This document shows positions 38,053 through 51,633 of a DNA stretch of 64,000 nt, in pieces. Where the stretch lies: NCBI RefSeq assembly GCF_964204645.1, contig NC_134035.1, forward strand, positions 248,001 to 312,000. The letters run 5' to 3'. The notes under the pieces were generated by a model. The model worked only from the letters and a program-made list of their open reading frames with translations, made no database searches and was not told the origin of the DNA. The stretch is from Tubulanus polymorphus. Its lineage: Eukaryota > Animalia > Nemertea. The position numbers and the translations under genes were made by a program. The first letter of the stretch is position 1, and every line of letters starts with the position of its first letter.

Positions 38053-39956
38053 AATATTAATCACTTATTGGGCCGGCACTTTGTTATAACTACATGCTGT
38101 AATATAGTATAAAATAAAAACCCTAAAAACTGTTGTTTTGTAAATAGAAAAATGACCGGCATATTTGACAGCTATTTTTTATAAAGTCAAGACTTTACAT
38201 TAAAAGTGTAAAATGTAATTAATTATATTTTCTGTTTTTGTTTCTCATTTTTACTCAATGGAAAAGGTTTTGCTTTAATCTCAGTAGTTTCAATATAGTA
38301 ATCTCTAGAATTCGGTTACAAAGGATTTTGACGGGCCAAAGTACAGCCATTTCAATTCACATTTGACAAGTCTATGATGTTAGTTCATTAGGGTCAATCA
38401 CCCTTATATCTAAGTAAGTATCAGTAGTTTTATTTGCCAATTTATCTGTTGCTTTCTGACAGAAATTTAAGACATTTTTTCAAATTCCATGATCAAAATT
38501 GAATTTTTTTCTGCTAATTGCATGTAAAAAAATTGCCAGTTGCGTAAATAGGTAGTGTTTCAAGAATTCAACTATTTCTCGACTCCGACCCGCGATACTA
38601 CATGGCCGTGAGACCAGCACTTGCATGCGAGTCAATACTCGCCATCAGACCAGTGATAGTGGTAGTTTTAATACAAGAATAAAATTTAATTTGCTTGAAA
38701 TTCTTCCTTTGGCATGTGAGCCTCCCGCTTTACCGGATGCTAAAACATTCCGCAGAGAAAAGAGTTCTATCAAAAATAGTTTAAAATTCGTATTAAAAAG
38801 ATGATCCCCTTCAAAAAACCTTATACGATAGTAGAATTATTTATATACAATGGAATCGTATTAGATAATCAACGAAATTCTGCTAAGAAAAATATCTGTT
38901 TTACTCGCATGCCACAGTATGATAGCGAGGCTGGGAAAGATATCTACCGTACAGTGCTGTCCCTATGAATAACGATAGCGGAATTTCTGTGAACTAAAAT
39001 AATAGCGCATATTTACCGCCGGAATTTAAATGTCCTTATTACGTACAAAACGGACCAGTGTGTCGTCTAATTCTGTTTAAATATGATACTATGAATACGT
39101 TCTGAATTTTGTATGATATTTCCTTATTTTTTAGGTAACATATTTAATTCTTTTTAGCTAAAATTCACTTACTTATCAATGAATATAGTACTTACATACA
39201 GAATATATTATTCATTTACATTTTGAATGATGATTTATTATCTGAATTGACAAAATTTCCGTATTTCTTCTTCGATATATTCTATTTGCGCGCAAATAAA
39301 CAGGGAACATACAAACACCTGTCGCTCTCTCTTAAACCATACTAGAAATACCCCGATTCAAATTTACTTTTTAAGGCTCATTCTTTTATAGAACAATTGT
39401 TTGGTTCGAACGTTTCAGAGCAGTTTTCAGAGTTTGAGAATTTTCCTCGGAATCCGGCCCGCAAATCGATAATTAGTTCGTCCACTCCTGCCGTTCGAAG
39501 ACTCTGGCAAGCGAGTATTATGTTAGTTCAGGTTTTTCACACCAGGTCCGCCATTTTGTTTCTACTTTGCTTGTGACATGCTATCACGTGATCTCGACAT
39601 GTAAACACAATAACTACCGGTATACATAAAACATGTGTTCCTTATAAAACTGGAATATGTCGAATAACGAAACCCACTAAGTAACAAAACGAAAATTGCA
39701 GTCGAATAGAATAGAATCCTTAATTAATTATAATGTTAATAAAATTTGGGGAATTATATGCTCGATTTTATTAATTATAATTTATACTGAAGTAGACACC
39801 GCGTCCTCATCAATTATGCCAGATCCCAAAGAGTCCGAAGTCTAGACTTTTGTGTCCTTGTAAATAAAGAATTATACGGGGGAATATCCTCTTAGCCTCT
39901 GCAAGGAATCAAGTCTACGCCCTTGAGTTCCTTCTGAAGGGCCAAACAGGCCTATC

Positions 39957-40254
39957 CAGGCGTCGCCAGGACTTTTTTATGGGGGTCCGAATATCGGCAA
40001 TTAGTGAATCTAATTAGTAAGGCGGCGAAGCTGCCTTTGACGTCGACGAAGACCGAAGGTCCGAAGTCCCCATGAGGGGTTTGGGGGTCCTCCCCCAAGA
40101 AAATTTTGAAAATTAGGAGCGATTTAAAGCGTTTTCCCGCCACCTTGAGTGATTACCTTGTGGAAAAACACGAGTTTTTACACAGTGAAAACTGAAGAAA
40201 CCTAGCCGAAAAGGGGGGTTCGTTCGCACCCCCCGAACCCCCCTGACGGCGCCT
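39957..40254. mobile_element. ~300-bp MITE with GC-rich TIRs
   Basis: AGGCGTCGCCAGG ... CCTGACGGCGCCT. Confidence 0.6.
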
Positions 40255-41967
40255 ATGCTCTCTGCTGCCACCAGACTTCAGCACCACACTCAAGTCAGAT
40301 ATTTATCACAATTCAAACATTTATTTGCTAAACAAACAACAAGCCCAATCCTGGGCTTCCATACAATTTGTCAAAGAAAATATATTCATGAAAATGTAAT
40401 ACAAAATTAATAATTTTTTTACAAATACTGGTAGGGGTCAGCAGTATGACAGCCTCAGATTGTCACGAAGAGAGACAAATTATTATATTGAAATCTTTAC
40501 ATAATACTAATACATAAGAAACTATTTTATATATGTTGATAGTACAGCAGTTATGAAGAGTGAGACTTAAATGCAGTATCTATATACGGGGTGCAGCAGT
40601 TTAGTTACTAAAACTAACAGAATTGTCATAATTTGTCTGAATTTGGCGTGCATATTTTTAACCGATCATGCGCTCCGCTCATGAGGCTTGCGTGAGGGTG
40701 AAAGTATTAATATTCTGACACTCAATACACTTTTTCCCTTACACTTTCTAAACATCCAGCCGCGAAGCGACGCCTAAGGCTGGCTTTTTCTAACTTACAA
40801 GCATTTTCAAACCTCAAAAGAAAAGATACCAAAAGTTGACCGCAATTCAAGAATGGCCAGTGACCTACCTGCAATACCTTTTGAAATCATTCGGCCCGAA
40901 GCTTTTGTTATTTGTGATGCAACCAATCACCGGCTACGAATTTTAAGGGGGTCAGTTAAAAACTGGTGGGCGCTCCTACAAGTTGTCATTACACTTGGAA
41001 ATTCTACACGGTGACGAAGTCTCTGTCGCTGGTTATTGCTCAGATAGGACACGTTTTAGAAAAAGAGAATTTTCATTAAATTGTAACAAACGCAGCTGAG
41101 CTGATAAACTATTTATTATTAATACAACTGGATTTTGGCAACAGGACACGGAATTTAAAAATGACTTTAAGATTGACTCTTAAATAAAAGGATTACATTT
41201 TCAAATTGCTGCTTCATCCGCGTTACAAGGTTGCTGTAAGGTAGGTGGAACATTTATTTAACATTAGCGGTCGAAATTATGTTTTATAGGTTTAGATTTA
41301 GAAAAAATAGTTGCACTTTAGGTTAGGGTTAGGTTAGGTTTAATTAACAGGTACCGGTACCCAGTGTTACAGCTTCATGGAAGACTCGCCTACTGATGAA
41401 AAAAAGAATTGAATAAGGTAGGACATATTTCAGCGTGGACTTATCAACTAGAGTTGATACGTCCATGATTTCAGTGAGAAGAAAAAGACCCCCCGGGCCA
41501 CAGAAGATCGAACCCGAAGTTGAATGATGATGACAGAGTGGCTTGAAAAAATTCAGGTGCGACTTGTATGACATGTCTTATAGTTCTTGTAGAGAAATAG
41601 AATTTATGTTAGTTCTAACTAGTTATTTTACCCCCAATTAAAACATAATTTCAACCGTTAATTCTTAGGTATTTTGAATATATTTCACAATTATCCAACG
41701 CCCCTCCCCCCCACCCTCACCTCTCCCCTTAAAACGAAGCCTCCGCGATTTTGTGGGTTAAGCGTGACTTTGGTAGGATGAGGAATTGACGATTTGGACT
41801 TTTTTCTACATAATAGAAATAACATAAACGTTAACACATGTAGAGCTAGGGGGTTGGACTATTAACCCCCCAAAACACATACAGATAACAGTGATACAAA
41901 TATAAAACAATAGACAAATATACACTTATACAATATTACACATTAAAATGATAGAATTAAATTTTTC

Positions 41968-42130
41968 ACGCGCCATTTTATTTTGAAGTAATCTCACGCC
42001 ATTTAATTTTTCATCTCGCGCCATTTTATTTGAAGGTAATCTCGCGCCATTTTATTTACAGGTAATCTCGCGCCATTTTATTTTTCATCTCGCGCCATTT
42101 TATTTTGAAGTAATTTCGCGCCATTTTATT
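41968..42130. repeat. ~20-26-bp repeat with a CGCGCCATTTT core, ~7 copies
   Basis: TCTCGCGCCATTTTATTT repeated with short variable spacers. Confidence 0.85.
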
Positions 42131-42213
42131 TGTCTTTTTGCGCATCCCAGATACATCACTTATTTTGTTGTTCTGTAATTAATCATATATCAACTCACTC
42201 AGTTTTGTATTGT

Positions 42214-42245
<32 letters not shown>

Positions 42246-43395
42246 AATATGTATTGTATTATGTATTGTACCATGTACTATATTATGTATTGTATTGTAT
42301 TGTACCATATATTGTAATATGATATGTATTGTACCATATATTGTAATATGATGTGTATTGTAATATGTATTGTATTATGTATTTGTAATTACTCTTCTCA
42401 CTCGGTTCTCTCTAATTAGTGTCAGTCTGCCTATAAATACTGATTAGTAGCGAAAGCTTGTGCGTCAAATAAACCTATATTGTATACTTATACTTGTCTC
42501 GTTATAATTATTCTAAACCCGGTTTATACCCCAAGCTCTTCTACGGAATAAGGGATCATCATGTTTTAATTCCTGATTCGGACCCACTGTCGCAGCCTTC
42601 GTCAGTGGACACAGGACAACTCGGGCTGGATTCGAACCCTTGAAAGCAGCAGGCCCATTTTTCTTGGACATTGAGGAAAACTTCTAAGACTAAGATTCGA
42701 TTTTCAGCCTTCTTTGACGAAGAGAACTTCAGTGGGACAATACTCAGAATTCGAACTTGTGGAATGAACCTGTTTTGGAATTTTCTGCGAAAGCTTCATT
42801 TTTCTAGAGGAAAATAAATCAATTTCATATCGGTAACTATTACGACGAAAATAGGAAAAATTGTGTCGAAATTGAGAGTATTGAAACAAACAGCTAACCT
42901 ACACGGCTGTCTGGAATCAGTTGTTTCGGGATTTCGGAAAATTTGCAGAAAATTCCGAAACATTTTCATTCCATCACGAGGAGACTGAAATTGACTGGTG
43001 ACCCACGTTTACTGGGCGAACTTTGGTTATCGGAGCTAGTCGCGACTAAAGTTGAACTAAGTGAAACCGAATGTCAGTTAGTCGGAACCATCGTCCGGAA
43101 ATAGTTCGGAAATAAAGCGCATTCGGTTATTAGTTCCGACCACTAGTCGACTAGATACGAGAACTGAATTTGGCCCTTACTGAGGAACTAGGATTCTGAC
43201 CCGGCGGACACGACCATCAGCCAGAAACAAGATAGTCCCGACCAGTCTGACCAGTGTGTGGTCGGCGGATGAGAGGATTTAAGTACAAGGCAAGCAACAT
43301 CGGAGCCTCGCTTGGAAGGTCTCCACTGAAGGCGCTGCGATGCAATAATCTCGGTAAGTGGACTTTATTAGAATAACATGACACTAAACGCAGAC

Positions 43396-43831
43396 GCGAA
43401 TTTCTTTTTCACACCGTTCCGCCATTTTGTTTCTCAACATGTAAACGCAATATCTACCGGCGGTATACATAAAACACGTGTTCCTTATAAAACAGGAATA
43501 AATGGAATAACGAAACCCACTAAGTAACAAAACGAAAATTGGAGTCGAATAGAATATAATCCTTAATTAATGTTAATAAAATTGGGGAATTATTTATTTT
43601 TTACATTCTGTTACATAAATTTGCAGCATTTTTGGTTACTCTGTCTCTACTACGTACGACTACCTACGTACGACTCTTACTCTAGGCCATTTAGACCGAA
43701 GAGCATTCGAGATAAATCGTCACACGTTTGCACGACTGCTCTGTTGAACTGATTCATCATTCATGAACATGTAGACCGGAAATAAATCGGTGTTGCGCAA
43801 TAAAGCACTGATGGTGTGAAAAAAAATTCGC
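43396..43831. mobile_element. ~435-bp MITE whose left ~200 bp is duplicated at 39532-39757
   Basis: TIRs GCGAATTTCTTTTTCACACC / GGTGTGAAAAAAAATTCGC. Confidence 0.65.
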
Positions 43832-46598
43832 TTTCGCGGTATCGTTATACATAGCGGCAGCACTAGACGGTCGAGATTGAATTGATCGCGCTATTTTTAC
43901 TGTGGAGCGGGCTCAATTCAATCGCTAAATCTTTATATACAGTGAACTATTCCCTTCAATTGATAAAGACTTTAAAGCCGCGATGATTCTAAATGTACGA
44001 ATTTTGATATTGGTTAAAAATATAAGAATTCATAGTAAAAATAGCGCGATCAGTTCAATCTCAACCGTCTAGTGCTGCCGCTATGTATAACGATAGCGTG
44101 GAAAACGTGAACTAACATAATACTCGCTTGCCAGAGTCTTCGAACGGCAGAATTGTGGACGAACTAATTACCGATTTGCGGGCCGGATTCCGAGGAAAAT
44201 TCTCAAACTCTGAAAACTACTCTGAAACGTTCGGACCAAACAATTTTTCAATAAAAAATGAGCCCTCAAAGAGTAGATTTCAATCGGGGTATTTCTAGTA
44301 TGGTCTGGGAGAGAGCGACAGGTGTTTGTATGTTCCCTGTTTATTTGCGCGCAATTAGAATATATCGAAGAAAAAACATAGACATTTTGTCAGTTCAGAT
44401 GATAAACTATCATTCAACAATGTAAAAGAATACTTTATTATGTATATAAATACTATATTAATTGATAAGTAAGTGATTTTTAGCTAAAAAGAATTAAATG
44501 TTACCTAACAATAAGGAAATATCATACAAAATTCAGAACGTATTCATGGTATCATATTTAATCAGAATTAGACGACACACTGGTCCGTTTTGTACGTAAT
44601 AAGGACATTTAAATTCCGGCGGTAAATATGCACTATTTTAGTTCACAGAAATTCCGCTATCGTTATTCATAGGGGCAGCACTGTACGGTAAATATCTAAC
44701 TCAGCCTCGCAATCTTACTGTGGCATGCGAGTAATACAGATATTTTTCTTAGCCGAATTTCGATGATTATCTAATACGATTACATTGTATATGAATAATT
44801 CTACTATCGTTAAGGTTTTTTGAAGGGGATCATCTTTTTAAAACGAATTTCAAACCATTTTTGATAGAACTCTTTTGTCAGCGGAATGTTTTAGCATCCG
44901 GTAAAGCGGGAGGCTCACATGCCAAAGGAAGAATTTCAAGCAAATTAAATTTTATTTTCTAAAATAGTACCACTAACACTGTAACCAGAAAAAATGCTCT
45001 GAAACTATTAAAGAAACAATTTTCTATGATAGAATAAGGCTTAAGAGTAAATTTGAAGTCAAGTTCTCCCAATATTTGTTCGTTTGTTTGTTTATCCGCC
45101 CGGTGAGTTCTAACACTGCCAACACATATTTATCCAGTTCATCTGATGTAGTCTTGATCATCGAACACAAAAGTCAATAATTCCATCCGATGACAAACAT
45201 CCTAAAAGATATAAATGAAACTCAATAGATTGAGGCCACCAATCAGTTATACAGAGTTAGAGTTAAGTCTAGTTACCGGTGTATCAGAGAAATGGCAATC
45301 TAAGGTAGGCTACTCCCCCAAATGAGTGTCAGGGGTCAAATATTTTTTTGCCTCCGATTTCGATAAAATTTAGTATAGACATGTATTATGGGGTGCTGAT
45401 CACTAATCTGAAAGAATTTTTCGGATCCGATGCCCAGAAAATGAGAAATTCGAATTTTTGGGGGGACCCCCTAAATTTTCAAAAGGCATTGGACCCCAGA
45501 GTTTTCGAGATATTCAAAATCTGATTGCAGATTTGGAATCAGCACCCCTGACAATATAAATGACTGAAATTTCAAGCTAATCGAAGAGATTCGATTTTTT
45601 TGCCAAAAATGGCAAAAATCTAAGGTGTTAGTCAAGGAGTTTTTTTTCGGCGAAAAATTTTTTTTCTCTGATTCCTTCTAAAATTGGTAGGAATATGTAT
45701 TCTGAGGTGTAGATTCCGGATCCGCAATCAGATTTTGAATCGGAATTCATCTTCATGGGCAAATAAGGGTTTTAATGCCCAAAATATGCACCCCAAAAAT
45801 GGGGTACAAAGTCAAAATATTTTTTTGGCCCAATTTTAATAAAATTTAGTGCAGACATGTTTTTCGGGGTGCTGATTACGAATATGAGGTTAGATTTTGG
45901 ATCCGAGGCACCTTAAATGAGATATTCAGGATTTCGTGTTTTGACCCCCTTAATTTCGTCACAAATTTTGATGAAATTTACCTGGGAAATTCAGTCCAAA
46001 AATTATTTTTATTCAATGATGTCAAATATTCAATTAATTTTTAAGGTAGAAATTGATGCTTTTACTAAAACCCTGAATTATAATTCCTGCAACACAATTA
46101 CAGGCTGCTATAAATAACCCCATTGACAATTCTTATGAAATGCAGTAAACAGTGTTTACAGATAAACTGCTTTCTCATAATTGTTTTGGAAACTTATTAG
46201 AAATTCTACTCGCACACTCACTAGCCCTTGTCTAGCAGTAATGGTAGTCCACCGAGTTCCACAAATCCACATACAGAGTTCAACACCTCCTGGAGTCCAC
46301 CACTGACTGTATTTTTATGAGTATCAATCCACTTATAGTCCGGTTAGTTGACTAAATAGTCCAGTTAGTTCACATATAGTCTGGTTAGTTCACTAGTAGT
46401 CCAGTTAGTTCACTTATAGTCCGGTTAGTTGACTAGAAGTCCAGTTAGTTCACTAGTAGTCCGGAAGAAGTTCACTGAAGAAGTAAAACTGTGATGAATT
46501 TCAGTTGAAGTCAACATCCAGTTTCGTGATGAAGTTTACACGACAGCCCGAAGAAAACCTGAAATATAAAATTGAAATCACATTAACAGGAAGACTGA

Positions 46599-46907
46599 CT
46601 GAGAGGTTGAGGGAGGATGGGATGAGAGGTTGGGGAGGATGGGGTGAGAGGTTGAGGGAGGATGGGGTGAGAGGTTGGGGAGGATAGGGTGAGAGGTTGG
46701 GGGAGGATTGGGTGAGAGGTTGAGGGAGGATGGGGTGAGAGGTTTAAGGAGGATGGGGTGAGAGGTTGAGGGAGGATGGGGTGAGAGGTTTGGGGAGGAT
46801 GGGGTGACAGATTGGGGGAGGATGGGGTGAGAGGTTGGGGTGAGGTTGAGGGAGGATGGGGTGAGAAGTTGAGGGTGGATGGGGTGAGAGGTTGAGGGAG
46901 GATGGGT
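46599..46907. repeat. G-rich 23-bp minisatellite (G-quadruplex-prone)
   Basis: Unit GAGAGGTTGAGGGAGGATGGGGT, ~13 copies. Confidence 0.9.
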
Positions 46908-47390
46908 GAAAAGAGAGCAAAACAGCCAATTACTCTGACATAGTAAAGGCTTAAGCAAAAGTTTTCAGCAGTTTTCAGTACGGCACTGGATTAACAGATT
47001 CTCGTTTTACACAAGAGCCCAGCCTGTGACGTGGGAGAAAGCTGGTGTAACCTGCTAAACAAGATGTGGTGCTGGAGGAAGTTGAAGAACAGTTCATCAA
47101 GATTTGTGAAACTATCCCCTGCACCATGTGCAATGCAAGCAGCTAGGGTAGTGCGGCCCGTGTAGGTTAGAAAGTGGTTTTTGACACCGAGTGAGGTCCC
47201 TGTTAGCCTAGCACCTAGCCGTCGTTCCCCAATTAACCCGGAACCCGTAGTAACAATGACTGACTGATTCAGACTAAATTTAAGTAGGTCCCGACCTCCA
47301 CTGACTGTCGTGAAGTGTCTGCGAAGTCGCTGGAGTGAGGTCCCCCTTAGTGTGTGTACCTGAGGACATGAAAATGAAATATCATGCATC

Positions 47391-48446
47391 AATTCTTATC
47401 TTTTTAACCAATATCAAAATTCGTACATTTAAAATCATCGCGGCTTTAAAGTCTTTATCAATTGAGGGAATAGTTCACTGTAAATAAAGAATTAGCGATT
47501 GAATTGAGCCCGCTCCACAGTAAAAATAGCGCGATCAATTCAATCTCGACCGTCTAGTGCTGCCGCTATGTATAACGATAGCGTGGAAAACGTGAACTAA
47601 CATAATACTCGCTTGCCAGAGTCTTCGAACGGCAGGAGTGGACGAACTAATTACCGATTTGCGGGCCGGATTCCGAGGAAAATTCTCAAACTCTGAAAAC
47701 TGCTCAGAAACGTTTGAACCAAACATTTGTTCTATAAAAGAATGAGTCTTAAAAAGTAAATTTGGATCGGGGTATTTCTAGTATGGTCTGGGAGAGAGCG
47801 ACAGGTGTTTGTATGTTCCCTGTTTATTTGTGCGCAAATAGACTATATCGAAGACGAAATACGGAAATTTTGTCAATTCTGATAATAAATTATCATTCAA
47901 AAATGTAAATGGATAATTTATTCTGTATGTAAGTACTATATTAATTGATAAGTAAGTGAATTTCTAGCTAAAAAGAATTAAATATGATACCTAAAAAATA
48001 ATGAAATATCATACAAAATTCAGAACGTATTCATGGTATCATATTTAATCAGAATTAGACGACACACTGGTCCGTTTTGTACGTAATAAGGACATTTAAA
48101 TTCCGGCGGTAAATATGCGCTACTATCTTAGTTCACTGAAATTCCGCTATCGTTATTCATAGGGGCAGCACTGTATGGTAGATATCTAACTCAGCCTCGC
48201 AATCTTACTGTGGCATGCGAGTAATACACATATTTTTTGGCAGAATTTCGTTGATTATCTAATACAATTCTATTGTATATAATAAATTCTACTATCGTTT
48301 AAGGTTTTTTGAAGGGGATCATCCTTGTAAAACGAATTTAAAACCATTTTTGATAGAACTCTTTTGTCTGCGGAATGTATTAACATCCGGTAAAGCGGTA
48401 GGCTCACATGCCAAAGAAAGAATTTCAAGCAAATTAAATTTTATTC
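47391..48446 (-). mobile_element. Third, uninterrupted copy of the ~1.05-kb foldback arm
   Basis: Direct repeat of 44033-44956 and inverted repeat of 38678-39535 plus 43836-44030. It ends ~190 bp upstream of the RPL15 start site. Confidence 0.82.
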
Positions 48447-48635
48447 GCTATTATACACCTCACCCTTTAGTTTAATATTAGAGATATATGTTTCAAACGC
48501 GTTTAAGCCTAAAAAGAGTCAAATCTGCGTTAATGCAGAGTATTCAACAACTAAATAATTGAAATTATCCTCAATTCCATTCATCCGTTCAAACTTCTGC
48601 GTCGACCGTAAAGTGCTGCCATCTTTCTTCAATAT

Positions 48636-48664
48636 TTCTTTTCCGGGTTAGCTGGGTCGCCGAG
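48636..48664 (+). promoter_or_regulatory. TCT initiator / 5'TOP and non-coding exon 1 of RPL15
   Basis: TTCTTTTCC pyrimidine tract (C+1 ~48638), then donor GAG|GTACGT at 48664/5. The next acceptor TTTCAG is immediately followed by the RPL15 ATG. Confidence 0.7.
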
Positions 48665-48874
48665 GTACGTGTAATTTCTTCATCGTTTGAAAATCCGCTT
48701 TAATCTTTACTTTTGTTCGTCCATCAAACGAATTTTACCAAGTATATCAATTTCAGAGTAATAAAGAATCATAAATTGTCAAAATATTTGTTGCCAAGGG
48801 ACTGAAATGGCCGAATTTAGGATTAAGAAATCGACCGGCTCTGAAAATGTTATCGCTTATCGTTTATATTTCAG

Positions 48875-50477
48875 ATGGGTGCGTATAAATACATTCAAGA
48901 GTTGTACCGTAAGAAGCAGACAGATGTCATGCGATTTTTGTTGCGCGTGAGATGTTGGCAATATCGTCAACTCTCCGTGATTCATCGGGTTACGAAACCG
49001 ACCCGACCGGACAAGGCTCGTCGTCTCGGCTACAGAGCTAAACAAGGTTCGTAAAATGAATCATCATCATCAGCGCGTTCCATAGTAAAGGCTTAAGACC
49101 AAAAGTGGTCTTAAATCTGATGACTGGTCTTATATTGTTAGATAGGCTCTAGAACTAAGTTGGTCTTCGAACGTCTCTAGTCTAAGTCCCGACTATGGAA
49201 CCGGCCTCAGGAATTTAGAGGTGCATTTAAACATGAGTGGCTTAGAATGGGACCACAAAATGCTTAGGTTGGGCTGACTGATTGACGAAATGTCTCTGCT
49301 TTTCAATTAGTGAACTCAGAATATTCGGAGAGTGGTATATAATCGGCTCAGAGTCAGAGCGCTGGTTCAGTCAGTCGGACCGGTCCGGTTAATTTAATTC
49401 AGTCATCCCATCAACCCATGCGTTCTTGTGCTTGAATTTTGTCAACAAAGAATAAAATTCTTTGCCTTAAGAATTAACCATAGATTGCTGATCTCATCGG
49501 TTATGTGAATTCACCACCTGTTTGTTTTTTTATATGTTGTAGGATTCTGTATTTATCGAGTTCGTGTTCGTCGCGGTGGACGTAAGAGACCTGTACCTAA
49601 AGGTGCTACATACGGTAAACCAGTAAACCAGGGAGTTAATGAGCTGAAATTTGCCCGTAGTCATCAGTCAGTCGCTGAGGTAATTATCATTAGTTATGTT
49701 TCCACATACATTAGGTCTAGCCTTGGTATCCCTGGTTAGAATCCCCCCTTAAACTATCTACCTATCCTCAGAATCCCCCTCTAACTATCTACCTATCCTC
49801 AGAATCATCCAAACGATCTTATCCACCCATCTTCCTATGATTCGCTCTTGATCACCAGTCATCGACAACCAGTCACTCAGTCAGCTGCTGTCTACCCTCA
49901 GAAACCCCCTTAAACAATACCTCTAATCCCATCCTCCTCCTCAGCTGCCTACCCTTCCATTCTCAAAAGCTTTCATTCCTGGGTGGTCTGAGGAGTGTGA
50001 ACATAGTTCATTTTCACAACAGTGACATAATAATCCAAGGCAGGACAATCGGTGTACTATAAGCACTGATACCTTTCCCTTCGTAATCTGAATTATAAAC
50101 CCAAGAAACTCTGGATATGAATAGGATGGTTTTCCCGAAATAAAAATATTTTATTAATTTGTATTTTGTAGGAGCGTGTTGGCAGGAAGTGTGGTGGTCT
50201 TCGAGTATTAAACTCGTACTGGGTCGCTCAGGATTCAACCTATAAATTCTACGAAGTGATCCTCGTTGATCCGTTCCATAAAGCTATTCGTCGTAACGCG
50301 GATACCAACTGGATCTGTAACCCGGTTCACAAACACCGTGAACTACGCGGCCTCACGTCGGCCGGCAAGAAATCACGCGGCCTCGGAAAGGGACACAAGT
50401 TCCACAAGACGAAGGGTGGTTCGCGTCGCGCTGCCTGGAAACGTTACAATACCGTTCAAATGCGCAGGAAGCGTTAA
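48875..50477 (+). CDS. RPL15: 60S ribosomal protein L15 (eL15), 3 coding exons, 204 aa
   Basis: [32 protein letters not shown]...[25 protein letters not shown]...RRKR. Exons 48875-49046, 49543-49679 and 50172-50477 total 615 nt. AATAAA at 50557 and 50580. Confidence 0.98.
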
Positions 50478-51633
50478 TAATTTCTCGCCAAATTATTTTC
50501 GTTGTATTATTTTTTTTTTCGCAAGGTCATCTGTTTGTCATTCTTTCTTGAGTCTCAATAAATGAACTTGTTGTGGCTGAATAAATAATTAACTTGTTTG
50601 TTGTTTTATTTGATGTTTATGGCGACCATGGTTTCTGTTAGTATTAACCTTGTGGATCTCTTGTAATTCATATTTATCCTTGTATAACCCTACATAAGTG
50701 ATCGATTTCTCTGTTGCTGCTGCTGCTGCTGCTGCTTCCCAGGACTATGACTTAACTATGGACCAATGAAGTGGAATTTCGCCCTTTTGTTGTACATGTA
50801 TAACCCTACACAAGTGATCTCTGCTGCTGCCCTTCCCAGGACACTTGACTGGACTTGAGGAACAACCTGCGTGGTAATTCAATTTATTGATCGTATAATC
50901 TGTTCATACAAAGATTGTCAATGAACATAAAAAAGGAAAAGCAGTCAAAAATACATGATATACACAAAAATGAGACATAATGACAATGGAGCACCAAGTT
51001 GAGACTGTTGAAGATGCAACTGTGAGCGTGATAATGCCAATGAATCGGATAATCCAGAATTAACTCCTAATATGGGCTTCAGACATCAGAGGCATGCATA
51101 ATCACTCTACCCGTATTCCCTTCAATCCCTATTAGTATTTGTTTTGACATTACGTCGCTTCAGGCATACTGTTTGGTTTTTAGTATGTCATGGTGCCACG
51201 CGAGCTTACGCTCACAGGTGCATAGGTATAAAAGTCAAATCCACTCGTTCAGTGTAGGTGAAGCATCGCATGTCCATTCTACTTTCATATCTAAACCATT
51301 TTTTCATTAGATATTCTATAAAATTTTCACTATTTTTTGCTCGAGGAGTCAATAGGAGCATAGTTTACAATAATCAGCTCGCTAGTTATTAACTTACTAT
51401 GGTCGTCCCATTTCTATACATAAAAAAGTTTTGGTTTTTCTCCAGAGCACTAATGCCGTGATAGCGCATCTAGGGTGAAGGGTTACGTGTGGTTAGAGCT
51501 AGAGGCGATCGTGAGTCATTTGACGCCACTCCGATTCGGTACGCTCAATAGCGGACACACTGACAAGTTGAGGTGGATTACCTCAGATTAATGTGATTAT
51601 ATCTGGATTAAAGAGGATCAAAACGCAGTCAAA

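Larger units (their letters stand above)
38651..44981. mobile_element. Interrupted foldback / long-inverted-repeat element (non-autonomous)
   Basis: 38678-39535 is the reverse complement of ~44100-44956. The outermost ends are CAGTGATAGTGGTA / TACCACTAACACTG. The left arm resumes at 43836-44030 after a ~4.3-kb insertion. No transposase ORF and no clear TSD. Confidence 0.8.

Noticed and set aside
41322-41342. Telomere-like GGTTAGGGTTAGGTTAGG
   Set aside because: Only 3-4 imperfect units, most likely part of a repeat remnant.
42570-42645. Minus-strand CTGACGA hammerhead-like core and an adjacent B-box-like GGTTCGAATCC
   Set aside because: The GAAA core is not intact (GAAT), stems I/III could not be built, and there is no tRNA cloverleaf.
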